Source: a bacterium
GTDB taxonomy: Bacteria; UBA8248
DNA: 64,000 nucleotides
NCBI GenBank assembly: GCA_963692865.2
Contig: OY843592.1
Location: 3,520,001-3,584,000, forward strand
Direction: 5' to 3'
Positions 20,340 through 32,805 of the stretch are shown here, piece after piece (positions within the stretch are counted from its first letter, which is position 1; each line of letters starts with the position of its first letter). A model generated the notes under the pieces. The model searched no databases, was not told the DNA's origin, and saw only the letters and a list, made by a program, of their open reading frames with translations. Made by a program: the position numbers and the translations under genes.

Positions 20340-21584
20340 TTACGCTTCCTCCCGGCGCACTTCGTACCCTTCCTTGAGCAGAATCTGTATCAACTCTTCG
20401 AGATGCTCCCGCCCGCGCACCTCCATGTGGAGGGTCGAGAGGGTATGGTTGATGGGCACTTCCGTCGAAAGCCTGTCGTGCTCGATGTGGATGATGTTCA
20501 CCCGGCAATCGGCCACGATTTGGGAAAGACGCATCAGCGCGCCGGGCACGTCGTGCAGCGGCACCTGTATCCGCGCGTAGCGGTTCGCGAGAGCCAGCCC
20601 CTTGCCGATGATTCGCGAGAGCAGGTTGACGTCCAGATTCCCGCCGCTGATCAGAGCCACCACCTTGCCGCTCACCCTGGTTTTTCTCTCGATGAGCGCC
20701 GCGAGGGAGGAAGCCCCCGCCGCTTCGCTCAGCATCCGCTCGCGCTCCAGGAGCCCCAGAATGGCGTTGGCCATCGCATCGTCGGAAACCGAGACCACCT
20801 GATCGACAAGATCCTGAATCAGGGGGAAGCAAAGTTCTCCGTTTCTCTTGACGGCGATGCCGTCCGCAATCGTCTGAACCGTTTTCGACTCGACGATTCT
20901 CCCCGCATCGAGCGAGCGCATGAGCGCCGCGGCGCCCTCGGCCACCACGCCGATGAGACGCACGTCGGGCTTTCGGGTTTTCACCACCGCGGCGAGGCCC
21001 GAGATGAGGCCGCCGCCTCCGACGGGGACGAGGATGGTGCCCACGTCTGGCACTTCTTCGAGTATCTCGATGCCCAGCGTTCCCTGGCCCGTGATGACGT
21101 CCGGGTGATCGAACGGCGGGATCATCGCGAGGCCGCGCTCTTCCTCATAGGCGCGCGCGCGCGCATAGGCGTCATCGAAGGATGCGCCGAACAGTTCGGT
21201 CTCGGCGCCCAGGGCCCGCACGGCGTCGAGCTTGGTGTTCGGGGTGGCTTCGGGCATCACCACCAAGGCCCTGACGCCCAACTGCTTGGCCGCGAAGGCC
21301 ACGCCCTGGGCGTGGTTCCCCGCGCTCGCGGTAACGACGCCCCACTGAAGCCGGGCGGGTTCGAGTTTTTGCAGCGCATACAAAGCGCCGCGCACCTTGA
21401 ACGAGCCGGTGCGCTGGAAATTCTCCGGCTTGAGATATACCTCGACGCCCAACTGCTCGGAGAAATGCTCCGTAAGGCGGGCGGGGGTCGGCCTCAGATG
21501 AGAGGATATCGCCTCCGCCGCCCGAGCCGCCTCGGCGGCGATGAGCGCCGGCTCCAGCGCCTTTTGTGATACCTGGGATTCCAT
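20340..21584 (-). CDS. ilvA: Threonine ammonia-lyase, medium form with one C-terminal ACT domain
   Basis: TGSFKVRGA (PLP Lys), SAGNHAQG, VGGGGL, SGGN, ACT-like DVPGAL. Confidence 0.9.
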   Translation of the reverse strand: MESQVSQKALEPALIAAEAARAAEAISSHLRPTPARLTEHFSEQLGVEVYLKPENFQRTGSFKVRGALYALQKLEPARLQWGVVTASAGNHAQGVAFAAKQLGVRALVVMPEATPNTKLDAVRALGAETELFGASFDDAYARARAYEEERGLAMIPPFDHPDVITGQGTLGIEILEEVPDVGTILVPVGGGGLISGLAAVVKTRKPDVRLIGVVAEGAAALMRSLDAGRIVESKTVQTIADGIAVKRNGELCFPLIQDLVDQVVSVSDDAMANAILGLLERERMLSEAAGASSLAALIERKTRVSGKVVALISGGNLDVNLLSRIIGKGLALANRYARIQVPLHDVPGALMRLSQIVADCRVNIIHIEHDRLSTEVPINHTLSTLHMEVRGREHLEELIQILLKEGYEVRREEA

Positions 21585-21740
21585 ATGTCCTTGTTTTCCT
21601 TTGTCCTGTTTGAACAGAAAAACGCGCCTTTCCCTGCTCCGACGCTCGCCCGTCTTCGAACGGCCAACCCCCTGTTCGCGCGTCAAGAGGCGCGAGGCGG
21701 TCGCTTTCGCGGCTTGCGGAGCGCGCACCTGAACATATCG

Positions 21741-22107
<367 letters not shown>

Positions 22108-22181
22108 AGATATTTCATACTCCAGCGCCGTTGCCCGCACAACCGGCGGCCGACATGCGGCATGGCGCGTGATTGCGGCTC

Positions 22182-22595
22182 CTAACCCATCCCGCCGTCG
22201 ATGGCGCGATTGGCGGCGGCGTCGGCAGCCGTGTTTTCGCCGCGGCGCACATGGCGCACTTCGACCGAGCCGAATTTCCTCGCCGCTTCCTTCGCACGCT
22301 CATACAAGGGCTTGAGGGCCTTGTTCCTGACCCGATACTCACCGCTCCACTGGCGGGCCATGAGTTCTGAATCCGTAACGACTTCCACGCTCCGGGCGCC
22401 GAGCTTCACGGCTCGCTCCAGACCCAGCAAAAACGCCTGGTATTCCGCCACGTTGTTCGTCGCCGCGCCCAGAAACCTGGTTTCCTCCGCCACGCAATTG
22501 CCCGCATCGTCATACAACAGGGCGGCGGCGCCCGCTGGACCCGGATTTCCCCGCGCGGCGCCATCGGTATGAATCCGCAGGTGGCCTGCCTTCAT
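22182..22595 (-). CDS. rnhA: Ribonuclease HI (short, Ty1/archaeal-like family)
   Basis: TDGAARGNPG, TNNVAEY, DSEL, HVRRGENTAAD; ATGA overlap with upstream gene. Confidence 0.9.
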   Translation of the reverse strand: MKAGHLRIHTDGAARGNPGPAGAAALLYDDAGNCVAEETRFLGAATNNVAEYQAFLLGLERAVKLGARSVEVVTDSELMARQWSGEYRVRNKALKPLYERAKEAARKFGSVEVRHVRRGENTAADAAANRAIDGGMG

Positions 22596-23341
22596 TCCTC
22601 GTCCACCGCCGGCAGGCTCAACTCCACGGTTTCGCCCTCCTGGTAGTACAGGATGCGCTTGCAATTCGAGCAGGTGTAAATCCTGTCTTCCGAATCCCTG
22701 ATCTCCAAGAAACGCTTGATGGTCTCCGCCATGCGGCAGCCCTGGCAGGTGCGGTTGACGACGGCGCAGACGGCCAGCCCTTTCCGGGATTTCCTCAAGC
22801 CGCGGTAGCGCTCCATCCACTCCCCGCTCACGCCGCCTGCGAGGGTTTTCGACTGTTCGAGGAGTTCGCCCAGTTCACGCTCGAAACCGGCTTGATGGTT
22901 CTCATACTTCTTCACCTCGCCCTGCACCTTGCTCCGGGCCGTCTCAAGCTCCCCGCGCGCTTCCGCCAGCTTCTCCTCGTGCGCGGGCATGCTCTCCATG
23001 ATCTCGAGAACGGTATCCTCGAGGGCGCTGATCCGGTTCTGATACCCTTCGATCTCCGCGCCCAGGGCGCGGTATTCCTCGTTCGTCCTGACGAGCGTCT
23101 GCTTGCCGCGCGTGTCCCTGAGCTTCTGATCGAAGGATTGAATTTCGCCCTCCGCCTCGCGCAATTTCTTCCTGGCCGTTTCCACTTCCTCTTCGAGTTC
23201 AGCAACGGACGACTCGAAGCCCGTCAAATACCGCTTTTCCCTGTCGATGGACGCGGGAATTTTCGAAATCGCATCGCGGCATTGGTCCATCTTGACGTCA
23301 ATCGCCTGAAGCTCCATCAAAGCCGCCAGTTCCGGGTGCAC
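22592..23341 (-). CDS. Coiled-coil C4-type zinc ribbon protein (DUF164/zf-RING_7 family)
   Basis: LQAID start, long coiled coil, CQGC...CSNCKRILY; known linkage with RNase H and rnpB. Confidence 0.9.
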   Translation of the reverse strand: MHPELAALMELQAIDVKMDQCRDAISKIPASIDREKRYLTGFESSVAELEEEVETARKKLREAEGEIQSFDQKLRDTRGKQTLVRTNEEYRALGAEIEGYQNRISALEDTVLEIMESMPAHEEKLAEARGELETARSKVQGEVKKYENHQAGFERELGELLEQSKTLAGGVSGEWMERYRGLRKSRKGLAVCAVVNRTCQGCRMAETIKRFLEIRDSEDRIYTCSNCKRILYYQEGETVELSLPAVDEE

Positions 23342-23386
23342 CGCGCCATACTCCTCGCATCGTTCGGTGATCGATCAGAAATCGCG

Positions 23387-23461
23387 TGGTGGGCCCACCT
23401 GGATTCGAACCAAGGACCAGCCGGTTATGAGCCGGCGGCTCTACCGCTGAGCTATGGGCCC
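23387..23461 (-). tRNA. tRNA with CAT anticodon, most likely tRNA-Ile2 (lysidine-modified)
   Basis: GGGCCCATAGCTCAGCGGTAGAGC GCCGG CT CAT AA CCGGC...GGTTCGAATCC...ACCA; G1-C72 pair (not initiator); located downstream of rpoD as is common for Ile2. Confidence 0.9.
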
Positions 23462-23587
23462 GATAGCAACGCGACCGTCAAGAGGACGCATCGGGAAACC
23501 GGTGCGTCCTCCGCCTCGGGCGCCGCCCGTTCGCTGTGCATATATGGCCCCGCGCGCGTTCAATGTCAATCGCGCGAGGTTTTCGGC

Positions 23588-25372
<1,785 letters not shown>

Positions 25373-25448
25373 TGTCGCTCTCCTCTTCATCCGGTCAGGC
25401 AGTGGAACCACTGCGAATCCATAGAAAGTAAAATCCGCCTAAAACGCT

Positions 25449-27335
25449 TCAACGCGGTGAGGCGGCCCGCTGCCGCTCGCGCAGAAGCGCGTTTTTCCGT
25501 TCCAGAAGTTTCCACATTTCAGGGGAATCCTCCCCCTCGTCCTTGCGCGTCTGCTCGATGCGCTTGAGCAAATCTTCTTCCACCTTTCGTCGGCGGCGCT
25601 CCCTGAGCCGCTCGATGCAATCGAAAAGCTCCGCCTCCACCTCTTCGGGCTCCACCTCCACGACGGCCAGCTCCACCACCAGGGCGCGCGCGGCGGGACT
25701 CTCCAGCCTGTCCGCGATGGAAGCCGCCGTGAGCGAGGCCGCGTCCTGAGATTTCATGAGGGAGAGCACCTCGCCCACCTCCGGGTCGGTCATCAACTCG
25801 TCGGGCACCTCGGACGCCAGCTCCGGCCTGATGAGCAGAAGCTGCAGGGCGTCCATCTCGAACTTTGGACGCTCGAGGTTCTCCCCCAGCAGATCGACCT
25901 TTTCTTCCTCTCTTCGAGGCGAGGCTTCCCGGGCGTTTTCCGCCAGCAATCTCCTCACCATGGCCGTCAGCGTGGGATAGGGAATCCCGAGCTGATCCTC
26001 CAACAAGGCCAAATATTGGTCCTGAACGCTGCGGTGGCAAGCCCCGAGTATGGGCAGGAGCCGCTGGACGGCCTCGATTTTCTCGGCCTGGCTCGCGCCC
26101 GCGGATATTCCGGCCATCGCGCTCTGGACGGTGTTCTCCAGAATGCCCTGCGCGTCGGCGAGGAGCCGGGAGAAGTCCTCCGCCCCGTTCTCGCCCAGAA
26201 ACGTATCGACGTCGCGCCCCTCGGGCAGGTTCACCACCTTGAGGCGCACGGCGCCCGCCCCGTCGCGGTCGATGAAATTCTTGCGCAGCACGTCGCTCGC
26301 CACGAGGAGGTCGGGCGCGCCCGCGAGACCGAGCAACCGCCCCGCCACAGAACCCGCCCGCTCTGAGGCCGCGAGACCCGCCGCATCGGGATCGAAGACG
26401 AACACGAGTTCCTCGGCGTGGGCCCGCAGGCTGCGGATGTGCTCTGCCGTCAGCGCGGTGCCGAGGGGCGCCACCGCCTCCGTGAAGCCATGCCGCCAGA
26501 GCGATATGACGTCGAAATACCCCTCCGTCACGAGGACGCGCTTTTTCTCGCGAACCGACTCCCTGCCCTCGTAAAAGCCATAGAGCGTCCTGCCCTTCTT
26601 GAAGAGCGCCGTATCCGGCGAGTTCACGTATTTCGCGGTGGCGTGGCGCGGGTCGCTGTCGGGCAGCGAACGCCCGCCGAAACCCACTATCTCACCCTCG
26701 TGATTGCGGATGGGGAACATGATGCGGTCCCGGAAGCGGTCGTAATGCCCGCTCCCGTCCTCGCGCCGCACCGCGAGGCCCGCCTCCGCGAGGTCATCGG
26801 GAGACACCCCTCTTTTGCCCGCGGCGTTGATGAGGGCGTCCCATCGCGGGGGCGCGAATCCGATTCGAAACCTCTCGACGGCTTCTTTCCCGACGCCGCG
26901 CTCATCCAGATACAGGCGGCCCCTCTCACCCGGGTTGCTCCCGAGCGCCGCCCGGAAGAAATCGGCCGCCATGCGATTGATGGACAACATCTTCCGGCGC
27001 GCGTCGGGCTTTTGCGGACTTCGCTCCCGGGAATCCTCATAGCGGGAGAGATCGACGCCCTGGCGTTTCGCCAGGCGCGAGAGCGCCTCGGGAAAGGTCA
27101 TCCCCTCGTGCTGCATCAGGAACTGGAAGACGTTGCCCCCCGCCCCGCAGCCGAAACACTTGTAGATGCCCATGCGCGGGTTCACGTTGAACGAAGGCGT
27201 CTTCTCGTCGTGGAACGGGCAAAGCCCCTTGTAGTTCGTCCCCGCCTTCTTGAGGCTCACGAACTCGCCGACGACGTCCTCTATCGGAGCGCCGTCCCGT
27301 ATCTGATCGACGACTTCTTCAGGAACCCTTGCCAT
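25449..27335 (-). CDS. dnaG: DNA primase
   Basis: CPFHDEKTPSF...CFGC zinc finger, KYVNSP, EGYFD, FDPDAAG TOPRIM. Confidence 0.97.
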   Translation of the reverse strand: MARVPEEVVDQIRDGAPIEDVVGEFVSLKKAGTNYKGLCPFHDEKTPSFNVNPRMGIYKCFGCGAGGNVFQFLMQHEGMTFPEALSRLAKRQGVDLSRYEDSRERSPQKPDARRKMLSINRMAADFFRAALGSNPGERGRLYLDERGVGKEAVERFRIGFAPPRWDALINAAGKRGVSPDDLAEAGLAVRREDGSGHYDRFRDRIMFPIRNHEGEIVGFGGRSLPDSDPRHATAKYVNSPDTALFKKGRTLYGFYEGRESVREKKRVLVTEGYFDVISLWRHGFTEAVAPLGTALTAEHIRSLRAHAEELVFVFDPDAAGLAASERAGSVAGRLLGLAGAPDLLVASDVLRKNFIDRDGAGAVRLKVVNLPEGRDVDTFLGENGAEDFSRLLADAQGILENTVQSAMAGISAGASQAEKIEAVQRLLPILGACHRSVQDQYLALLEDQLGIPYPTLTAMVRRLLAENAREASPRREEEKVDLLGENLERPKFEMDALQLLLIRPELASEVPDELMTDPEVGEVLSLMKSQDAASLTAASIADRLESPAARALVVELAVVEVEPEEVEAELFDCIERLRERRRRKVEEDLLKRIEQTRKDEGEDSPEMWKLLERKNALLRERQRAASPR

Positions 27336-27365
27336 TCCACCATCCTCATTCCGAAAAACGGAGCA

Positions 27366-29717
27366 TCAGCGCAGGGCCAACTCCACGTTCGTAACGCCCC
27401 AGCCGCCCTCTTCGGGCCGCGCGGGGCTGAACTTCGACACCAGAGCGTGTTCCTTGAGCCGCTCCGCGATGACCTTGGAGAGCACCCCCTCCCCCTTGCC
27501 GTGGACGATGCGGACCGACGCGACGCCCACGAGCGCGGCGTCGTCGAGATATTTGTCCACCATCTCGACGGCGCGCTCGGCGCGCACGCCGCGCAGTTGC
27601 AGCTCGGGCGAGAAATCATCCCCCCTCGACAGGACATCGTGCGTCACCGTGCTCCTCCGGGCGGGCCGGGCCGGCGCATCGTCGAGAACTTCCACCACGC
27701 TGCAGGACAGACGCAGGGACTTGCCGTTCACCGACACGGTCAGTTCATCCTCTCCGTGCAGGGCGGCCACCTCGCCCGCGCAATTCATGAGCGGGATGCG
27801 CACCCTGTCTCCCACGCGAAGCGAAACCGGCGCGCGCGCCGCCTCCCCTTCTCCCGCGGGCAGCGCTTCTTCAATTTTGGCGCTCATCTCGCGGATGCGC
27901 TCGCGCGCGATTCGCTTGGCCTCTTCCATTTCGAGTGATCCGCGCATCTCGTTCAAAAGATCGTCGGCCTCGCGCCTCAGGTCCTTCATGAACCGGGCCG
28001 CCTCGTCGCTTCTTTCGCGCGCTTCCTCGCCTATCCGGCGTTCGAGTTCGCTTTCGCGCGCATCGAGCCGCACCCCCCGGGCCGCGAACCCGGCTTCTTG
28101 TTCTTCCATCTCGCGCTGCCGGTCGGAGAGGTTCGCCATGAGGCGGTCCACCTGGACGGGGCCTTTCATGAGCAGCGCCTCCGCGCGCGCCAGCACGGAT
28201 TCGGGCAAGCCCATCATCTGCGCCACCGACATGGCGTTGCTCGGCCCCGCCGCGCCCATACGGATCCGGTAGGTGGGCGAGAGGTCGTCGGCGTCGAACT
28301 CCACCGAGGCGTTCTCGGCGTGCGCGGCCTGATAGGCGTAATGCTTGAGCGCGTCGTGGTGCGTCGTCACGATACAGAGCGCGCCGCTCTGCGCCAGATG
28401 CTCCAGCACGGAGACGCCGATGGCCGAACCCTCCGCCGGGTCGGTGCCGGAGCCCAACTCGTCGAGGAGCACGAGCACGCCCTCTCCCGCCTCGCGCACC
28501 GCGCCCGAGACGCGCGCCATGTGGCCCGAGAAGGTGCTCAGGTTCTGCTGAATGTCCTGCTCATCGCCGATGTCGGCGACGAGCGTCTTCACGACGGGCA
28601 GCGCGCTCTCGGGCGCGGCCGGTACGGGCACGCCGCACTGGTGCAGCGCCACGCATAGGCCCACCGTCTTGAGGGCCACCGTCTTGCCGCCCGTGTTGGG
28701 CCCGGTGATGAGGAGCTGGCGCACCCCGTCCATCCCGACTTCCAGGTCGATGGGCACCACCTGCTCCTTCGGCACCGCGCCGACGCCCGCCGTGAGCAGG
28801 GGATGACGCGCGGCTCTGAGCCGGATGCCCCCGTCCGCGCTCGCCTGCGCGCGCGCGCCGCGCCAATCGACCCCAAGGCGCGCCTTCGCCCAGATGAGAT
28901 CGAGCCCGGCCAGGCATTGCACCAGATAGGCGATGGACTCGCGCGCCGCCATTACTTCCGCGGTCAGTTCGCGCAGTATTCGCTCCACCTCCGCGCGCTC
29001 GGCCTCGCGCTCCTCGGCGATGGCGTTGTTCACGGGCACCGCCGATAGCGGCTCGACGAACAAGGTCTCCCCGCTCGCGGAGCGGTCCTGGATCACGCCC
29101 TCGAAGGAACGCTTATAGGTCGTTTTGGCGGGAATCAGGTACCGATCGCGCCGCTGAACGATCAGGTTTTCCTGAATCGCATTCGGGTGCGTGTTCATTA
29201 TCCTGTCAAGCAGACGCCGTATCTCCGCCCTGAGCGCGCGCTGTTTCGTTCTCGATTCCTGGAGTTCGAAGCTCGCGTCGTCGCGCACCTCGCCGCGTTC
29301 ATCGAGAATGCGCCTTATACACGCTGCAAGGGGATACTGCATGTCCGCGCCGTGAATGCGCATCCTGAGCCTGGGCAGACGCTCTGCGCGCTCCTCCACG
29401 AAGCGGCGCACGTCGGAGGCGAGGTTCAAAAGCGAGAGAATAGAGAGGAATTTATCACCCTCGAGGTTCCCGCCCCGGCGTCTGATGTCCTCGAGCCATG
29501 CTTCGGGGTCGTCGAAGGCGGCCAGGGGCATGTATTCCCCGGCGCCCAGGAGCGCCGTGGCCTCATCCGTCTCATCGAGCAGGGTATCGACCTTGAAGGA
29601 CGACGTGAGCGGAACGAGCGCGGCGGCCGCGGCCGCGCCCGAAGCGGAGGCGCAGCGAGCCGCAAGCAGCTTCAAAACGCTTTCGAATTCAATGCCTTGC
29701 AGCGTGCGGTCATCCAT
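27366..29717 (-). CDS. mutS2: MutS2 family ATPase with C-terminal Smr domain
   Basis: ITGPNTGGKT, LSTFSGHM, LLDELGSGTDP, Smr LRG...IVHGKGEG..GGWGVT. Confidence 0.95.
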   Translation of the reverse strand: MDDRTLQGIEFESVLKLLAARCASASGAAAAAALVPLTSSFKVDTLLDETDEATALLGAGEYMPLAAFDDPEAWLEDIRRRGGNLEGDKFLSILSLLNLASDVRRFVEERAERLPRLRMRIHGADMQYPLAACIRRILDERGEVRDDASFELQESRTKQRALRAEIRRLLDRIMNTHPNAIQENLIVQRRDRYLIPAKTTYKRSFEGVIQDRSASGETLFVEPLSAVPVNNAIAEEREAERAEVERILRELTAEVMAARESIAYLVQCLAGLDLIWAKARLGVDWRGARAQASADGGIRLRAARHPLLTAGVGAVPKEQVVPIDLEVGMDGVRQLLITGPNTGGKTVALKTVGLCVALHQCGVPVPAAPESALPVVKTLVADIGDEQDIQQNLSTFSGHMARVSGAVREAGEGVLVLLDELGSGTDPAEGSAIGVSVLEHLAQSGALCIVTTHHDALKHYAYQAAHAENASVEFDADDLSPTYRIRMGAAGPSNAMSVAQMMGLPESVLARAEALLMKGPVQVDRLMANLSDRQREMEEQEAGFAARGVRLDARESELERRIGEEARERSDEAARFMKDLRREADDLLNEMRGSLEMEEAKRIARERIREMSAKIEEALPAGEGEAARAPVSLRVGDRVRIPLMNCAGEVAALHGEDELTVSVNGKSLRLSCSVVEVLDDAPARPARRSTVTHDVLSRGDDFSPELQLRGVRAERAVEMVDKYLDDAALVGVASVRIVHGKGEGVLSKVIAERLKEHALVSKFSPARPEEGGWGVTNVELALR

Positions 29718-30043
29718 CGAGCATCATCCACGGATAATAGATTCAACGACGAATCATGCGCTTCGTCCCGGCGTCGGGGCCGGGCGGCGAATTCCGAAAA
29801 TCTCGATTGAAAATCAGGCGGTTCTCTTCCGGCATGCCTCTGTGGAACCAGCGAGAAAATGCCGATGGAGCGAAGTGGTGCTCGGAGTCCTTATTGCCGG
29901 TCGTTCTTCCAGACGGACCAAAGAACGAGATGTCCATGAACAAAACACGGGGGACGACCCTCGTCATCCCGCATCTTTTTGAAATTCAATCGTTTATAAA
30001 CATCAACAGCACAGATTGCGCAATAACCCCATTGTCAGGAATC

Positions 30044-30072
30044 AATATAGGAGCCGAGGCTGGATCTGTCAA
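30044..30072 (-). promoter_or_regulatory. sigma70-type promoter upstream of mutS2-dnaG-rpoD
   Basis: TTGACA-17 bp-TATATT on the minus strand with AT-rich upstream flank. Confidence 0.75.
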
Positions 30073-30171
30073 GAAAAATGAAAATAATTAAATTTTTCGC
30101 CGCTTCGGACGGGAAATAGTCCTATTTGGAGATTGTTGAAAAAGTCCACCTCGGTCGTAATTGGCCACTAC

Positions 30172-30338
30172 CGTCATTCCGGCGAAAGCCGGAATCCATT
30201 TTCACCCGCCGATGGAACCGGGCACCGCCGTCATTCCCTCCGCACGGATACCGCATTCAGGCGTTGCGCAACAACGACAGCGTGGCCACTCCGCCCGGTG
30301 AAAAGTCAAAATGGATTCCGGCTTTCGCCGGAATGACG
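30172..30338. repeat. CGTC-type palindromic repeat pair
   Basis: Perfect 31-bp inverted repeat CGTCATTCCGGCGAAAGCCGGAATCCATTTT (30172-30202 / 30308-30338); each arm is itself a hairpin. Confidence 0.9.
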
Positions 30339-30409
30339 AACGAAAACCAAATTCGTCGTGGGTACCGAGAAGCCAGTTCCGACCGCAGAGGGAGGAACCG
30401 CCACCTACC

Positions 30410-30437
30410 GTAGGGACAGGTCGCAACCTGTCCCTAC
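30410..30437. repeat. GTAG-type REP hairpin
   Basis: GTAGGGACAGGT-CGCA-ACCTGTCCCTAC, perfect 12-bp stem. Confidence 0.85.
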
Positions 30438-30497
30438 AACAAACGTAAACCCTCCCGCATTGGACTTTTTCAACAACCCCATTTTGCCGAGAGCCCC

Positions 30498-31172
30498 CTA
30501 CCTCTCGGATTCGGGCCTGCCGCCGCGCCCGAAGCGGCGTGCGAGTTCCGCAAAGACCCGCCCCGGCGGCACGCCGCGCGCGGCCATCCCCACCAGGGTG
30601 TGGAACCACAAGTCGGCCACCTCGTTCGTTACCGCTTCGGGGCCCTCCTCGCGCATCGCCCTGACGACCTCGGCGGCTTCCTCGTCTATCTTCTCCAGCA
30701 CCCGCTCTTCACCCCTGGCGAACAGGCGCGCCACGTAGCTCGAATCCGTATCCCCCGCCCCTTTCCTCTCCAGGATCAGGCGATACACCGATTCGAGCAG
30801 GTTCTGGTCGAAATCGAACGCCGTATCGCCCCCTTCACCCCCGGACGCCGGTATTTCGGTGAAGAAACAAGACATGCGGTTCGTGTGGCAGGCCGGCCCG
30901 TCGGGCCTTACGATGAACACCAGGGCGTCGGAGTCGCAATCGAGCCTCGCCGACACCAGCCTGAGATAATTCCCCGAAGTCTCGCCCTTGTGCCAAAGCT
31001 CTTTCCGGGAGCGGGACCAGAAGTGGACGGTTCCTTTCTCCAGCGTCAAGCGGAGCGATTCTTCGTTCACCCAGGCCAGGGTGAGCACCTCGCCCGTACC
31101 GGCGTCCTGACAAATCGCAGGGGCCAGACCCTGCTCGTTCCACTTGACCTCGGGGATTTCCAACTCGCTCAC
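30498..31172 (-). CDS. hisIE: Bifunctional phosphoribosyl-AMP cyclohydrolase/phosphoribosyl-ATP diphosphatase
   Basis: [39 protein letters not shown]; GTGA overlap with hisF. Confidence 0.95.
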   Translation of the reverse strand: MSELEIPEVKWNEQGLAPAICQDAGTGEVLTLAWVNEESLRLTLEKGTVHFWSRSRKELWHKGETSGNYLRLVSARLDCDSDALVFIVRPDGPACHTNRMSCFFTEIPASGGEGGDTAFDFDQNLLESVYRLILERKGAGDTDSSYVARLFARGEERVLEKIDEEAAEVVRAMREEGPEAVTNEVADLWFHTLVGMAARGVPPGRVFAELARRFGRGGRPESER

Positions 31173-31939
31173 AGTCTCACCTCCACGCCGCGCCCGCGCA
31201 GATACGTTTTCACCTCCTCGACCGAGTAATCGCCGAAGTGGAAGATCGAGGCGGCCAGAACGGCGTCGGCGCAGCCTTCCTCCAGACCCTCGTAAAGATG
31301 CTCCAGGTTCCCCACGCCGCCCGAGGCGATGACGGGCACGCTCACCCGCTCGGCTATCGTGCGCGTGAGCGCGAGGTCGTAGCCGTCCTTCGTGCCGTCC
31401 CTGTCCATGCTGGTGAGGAGAATCTCGCCCGCGCCCAGCGCGCAAGCCTCCTCCGCCCAGGCCACGGCGTCCCGGCCGGTGGGGCGCGAGCCACCGTGCG
31501 TGAACGCCTGCCAGCGAGGCGCATCCGCATCGTCCGGGACGCGCTTGGCGTCTACGGCGCACACGATGGTGGAGCTTCCGTAGCGCTCCGCCGATCGCTT
31601 GAGGACGCCCGGGTCCCTGAGCGCCGCGCTGTTGATGCTCACCTTGTCCGCGCCCGCCCTCAGCAGGTCGCGCACATCTTCCTCCTCGCGAACGCCGCCG
31701 CCCACCGTGAGGGGAACGAACACGCGCTCCGCGGTGCGGCGCACCATGTCGAGCAGGGTGCCGCGCTTTTCCTTGGAAGCCGTGATGTCGAGAAAGCAGA
31801 TTTCATCCGCCCCCATCTCGTCGTAATGCGCGGCGCACTCCACGGGGTCGCCCGCGTCGCGCAAGCCTTCAAAATTCACGCCCTTCACCACGCGGCCCTC
31901 TTTCACGTCGAGACAGGGAATGATTCTCTTCGCTAGCAA
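31169..31939 (-). CDS. hisF: Imidazole glycerol phosphate synthase cyclase subunit
   Basis: [32 protein letters not shown]. Confidence 0.98.
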   Translation of the reverse strand: MLAKRIIPCLDVKEGRVVKGVNFEGLRDAGDPVECAAHYDEMGADEICFLDITASKEKRGTLLDMVRRTAERVFVPLTVGGGVREEEDVRDLLRAGADKVSINSAALRDPGVLKRSAERYGSSTIVCAVDAKRVPDDADAPRWQAFTHGGSRPTGRDAVAWAEEACALGAGEILLTSMDRDGTKDGYDLALTRTIAERVSVPVIASGGVGNLEHLYEGLEEGCADAVLAASIFHFGDYSVEEVKTYLRGRGVEVRL

Positions 31940-32658
31940 GAGAGCATCTCCATCGCCTTTGGAAAATCCATGGTCCCCTCATACAGCGCGCGCCCCACGA
32001 CGGCGCCGATGACGCCCTTCTCCTCCAGGGGAATGAGTTTTTCCACGTCCTCGAGCCTGCTCACACCGCCCGCGGCGATGACGGGCAGACCGCAGGCTTC
32101 CGCAAGCGCGACGGTTGGAGCGGGGTCGAAACCCTCCAGCGTGCCGTCGCGGCGTATGTCGGTGAAGATGATTCCCGCGAGAGGCAGATGGGCGAAGCGG
32201 TTCGCCAGCGACTCGGGCGATACCGAGTCCCCCTCCTCCCAGCCGGAGATTCTGACTTCCCCGTCCTTGGCGTCTATTCCTAAAAGAATTTTTCCGGGAT
32301 TTCTCCGGGCGGCGGATTCGAGAAATTCCGGGTTCCTGAGCGCGCTCGTGCCGAGGATGACGAAGCTCGCCCCCGCATCGAGCACGGCCGCGAGAGACGC
32401 TTCCGTGCGAACGCCGCCGCCGAACTCCACGGGAACATCCACGACCTCCGCCACTTGCTTGAGGACGTCCACGTGGGCGGGCGCGCCGTCAAAGGCGCCG
32501 TCGAGATCGATGAGGTGAAGCCGCTTCGCGCCCTGCTCCACCCAGCGAAGCGCCCAAACCACCGGGTCGTCGCCGTAGACGATCTCGCGCCCTCTCCGGC
32601 CCTGGATGAGCCTCACGCATTTGCCGCCCTTGAGATCGACCGCCGGAATGAGAAGCAA
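31933..32658 (-). CDS. hisA: ProFAR isomerase
   Basis: [36 protein letters not shown]; start codon uncertain (TTG 32658 or 32688). Confidence 0.95.
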   Translation of the reverse strand: MLLIPAVDLKGGKCVRLIQGRRGREIVYGDDPVVWALRWVEQGAKRLHLIDLDGAFDGAPAHVDVLKQVAEVVDVPVEFGGGVRTEASLAAVLDAGASFVILGTSALRNPEFLESAARRNPGKILLGIDAKDGEVRISGWEEGDSVSPESLANRFAHLPLAGIIFTDIRRDGTLEGFDPAPTVALAEACGLPVIAAGGVSRLEDVEKLIPLEEKGVIGAVVGRALYEGTMDFPKAMEMLSC

Positions 32659-32805
32659 ACCGCCACCCCCGAGATGAGATTCCCGCAACTCTTGCGCCTC
32701 TCATTAAACCCAAACGGGCCATATTGCAAACGCTCGTGAGAATTTGTTGCGGAAAAGGGGGAACGGGGCGCCCGCAGCAGCGCGCCGGGGGGGGGGATTT
32801 CCTAG

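Larger units (their letters stand above)
30129..30480. mobile_element. MITE-like cassette A (IS-like TIRs, palindromic cargo)
   Basis: GAGATTGTTGAAAAAGTCCA ... TGGACTTTTTCAACAACCCC with a 16-bp perfect inverted core; no credible ORF. Confidence 0.7.

Noticed and set aside
23387-23461. Calling the CAT tRNA initiator or elongator Met
   Set aside because: It has a G1-C72 pair and lacks the GGG/CCC anticodon stem of the initiator; sequence and position fit Ile2 better, though elongator Met is not fully excluded
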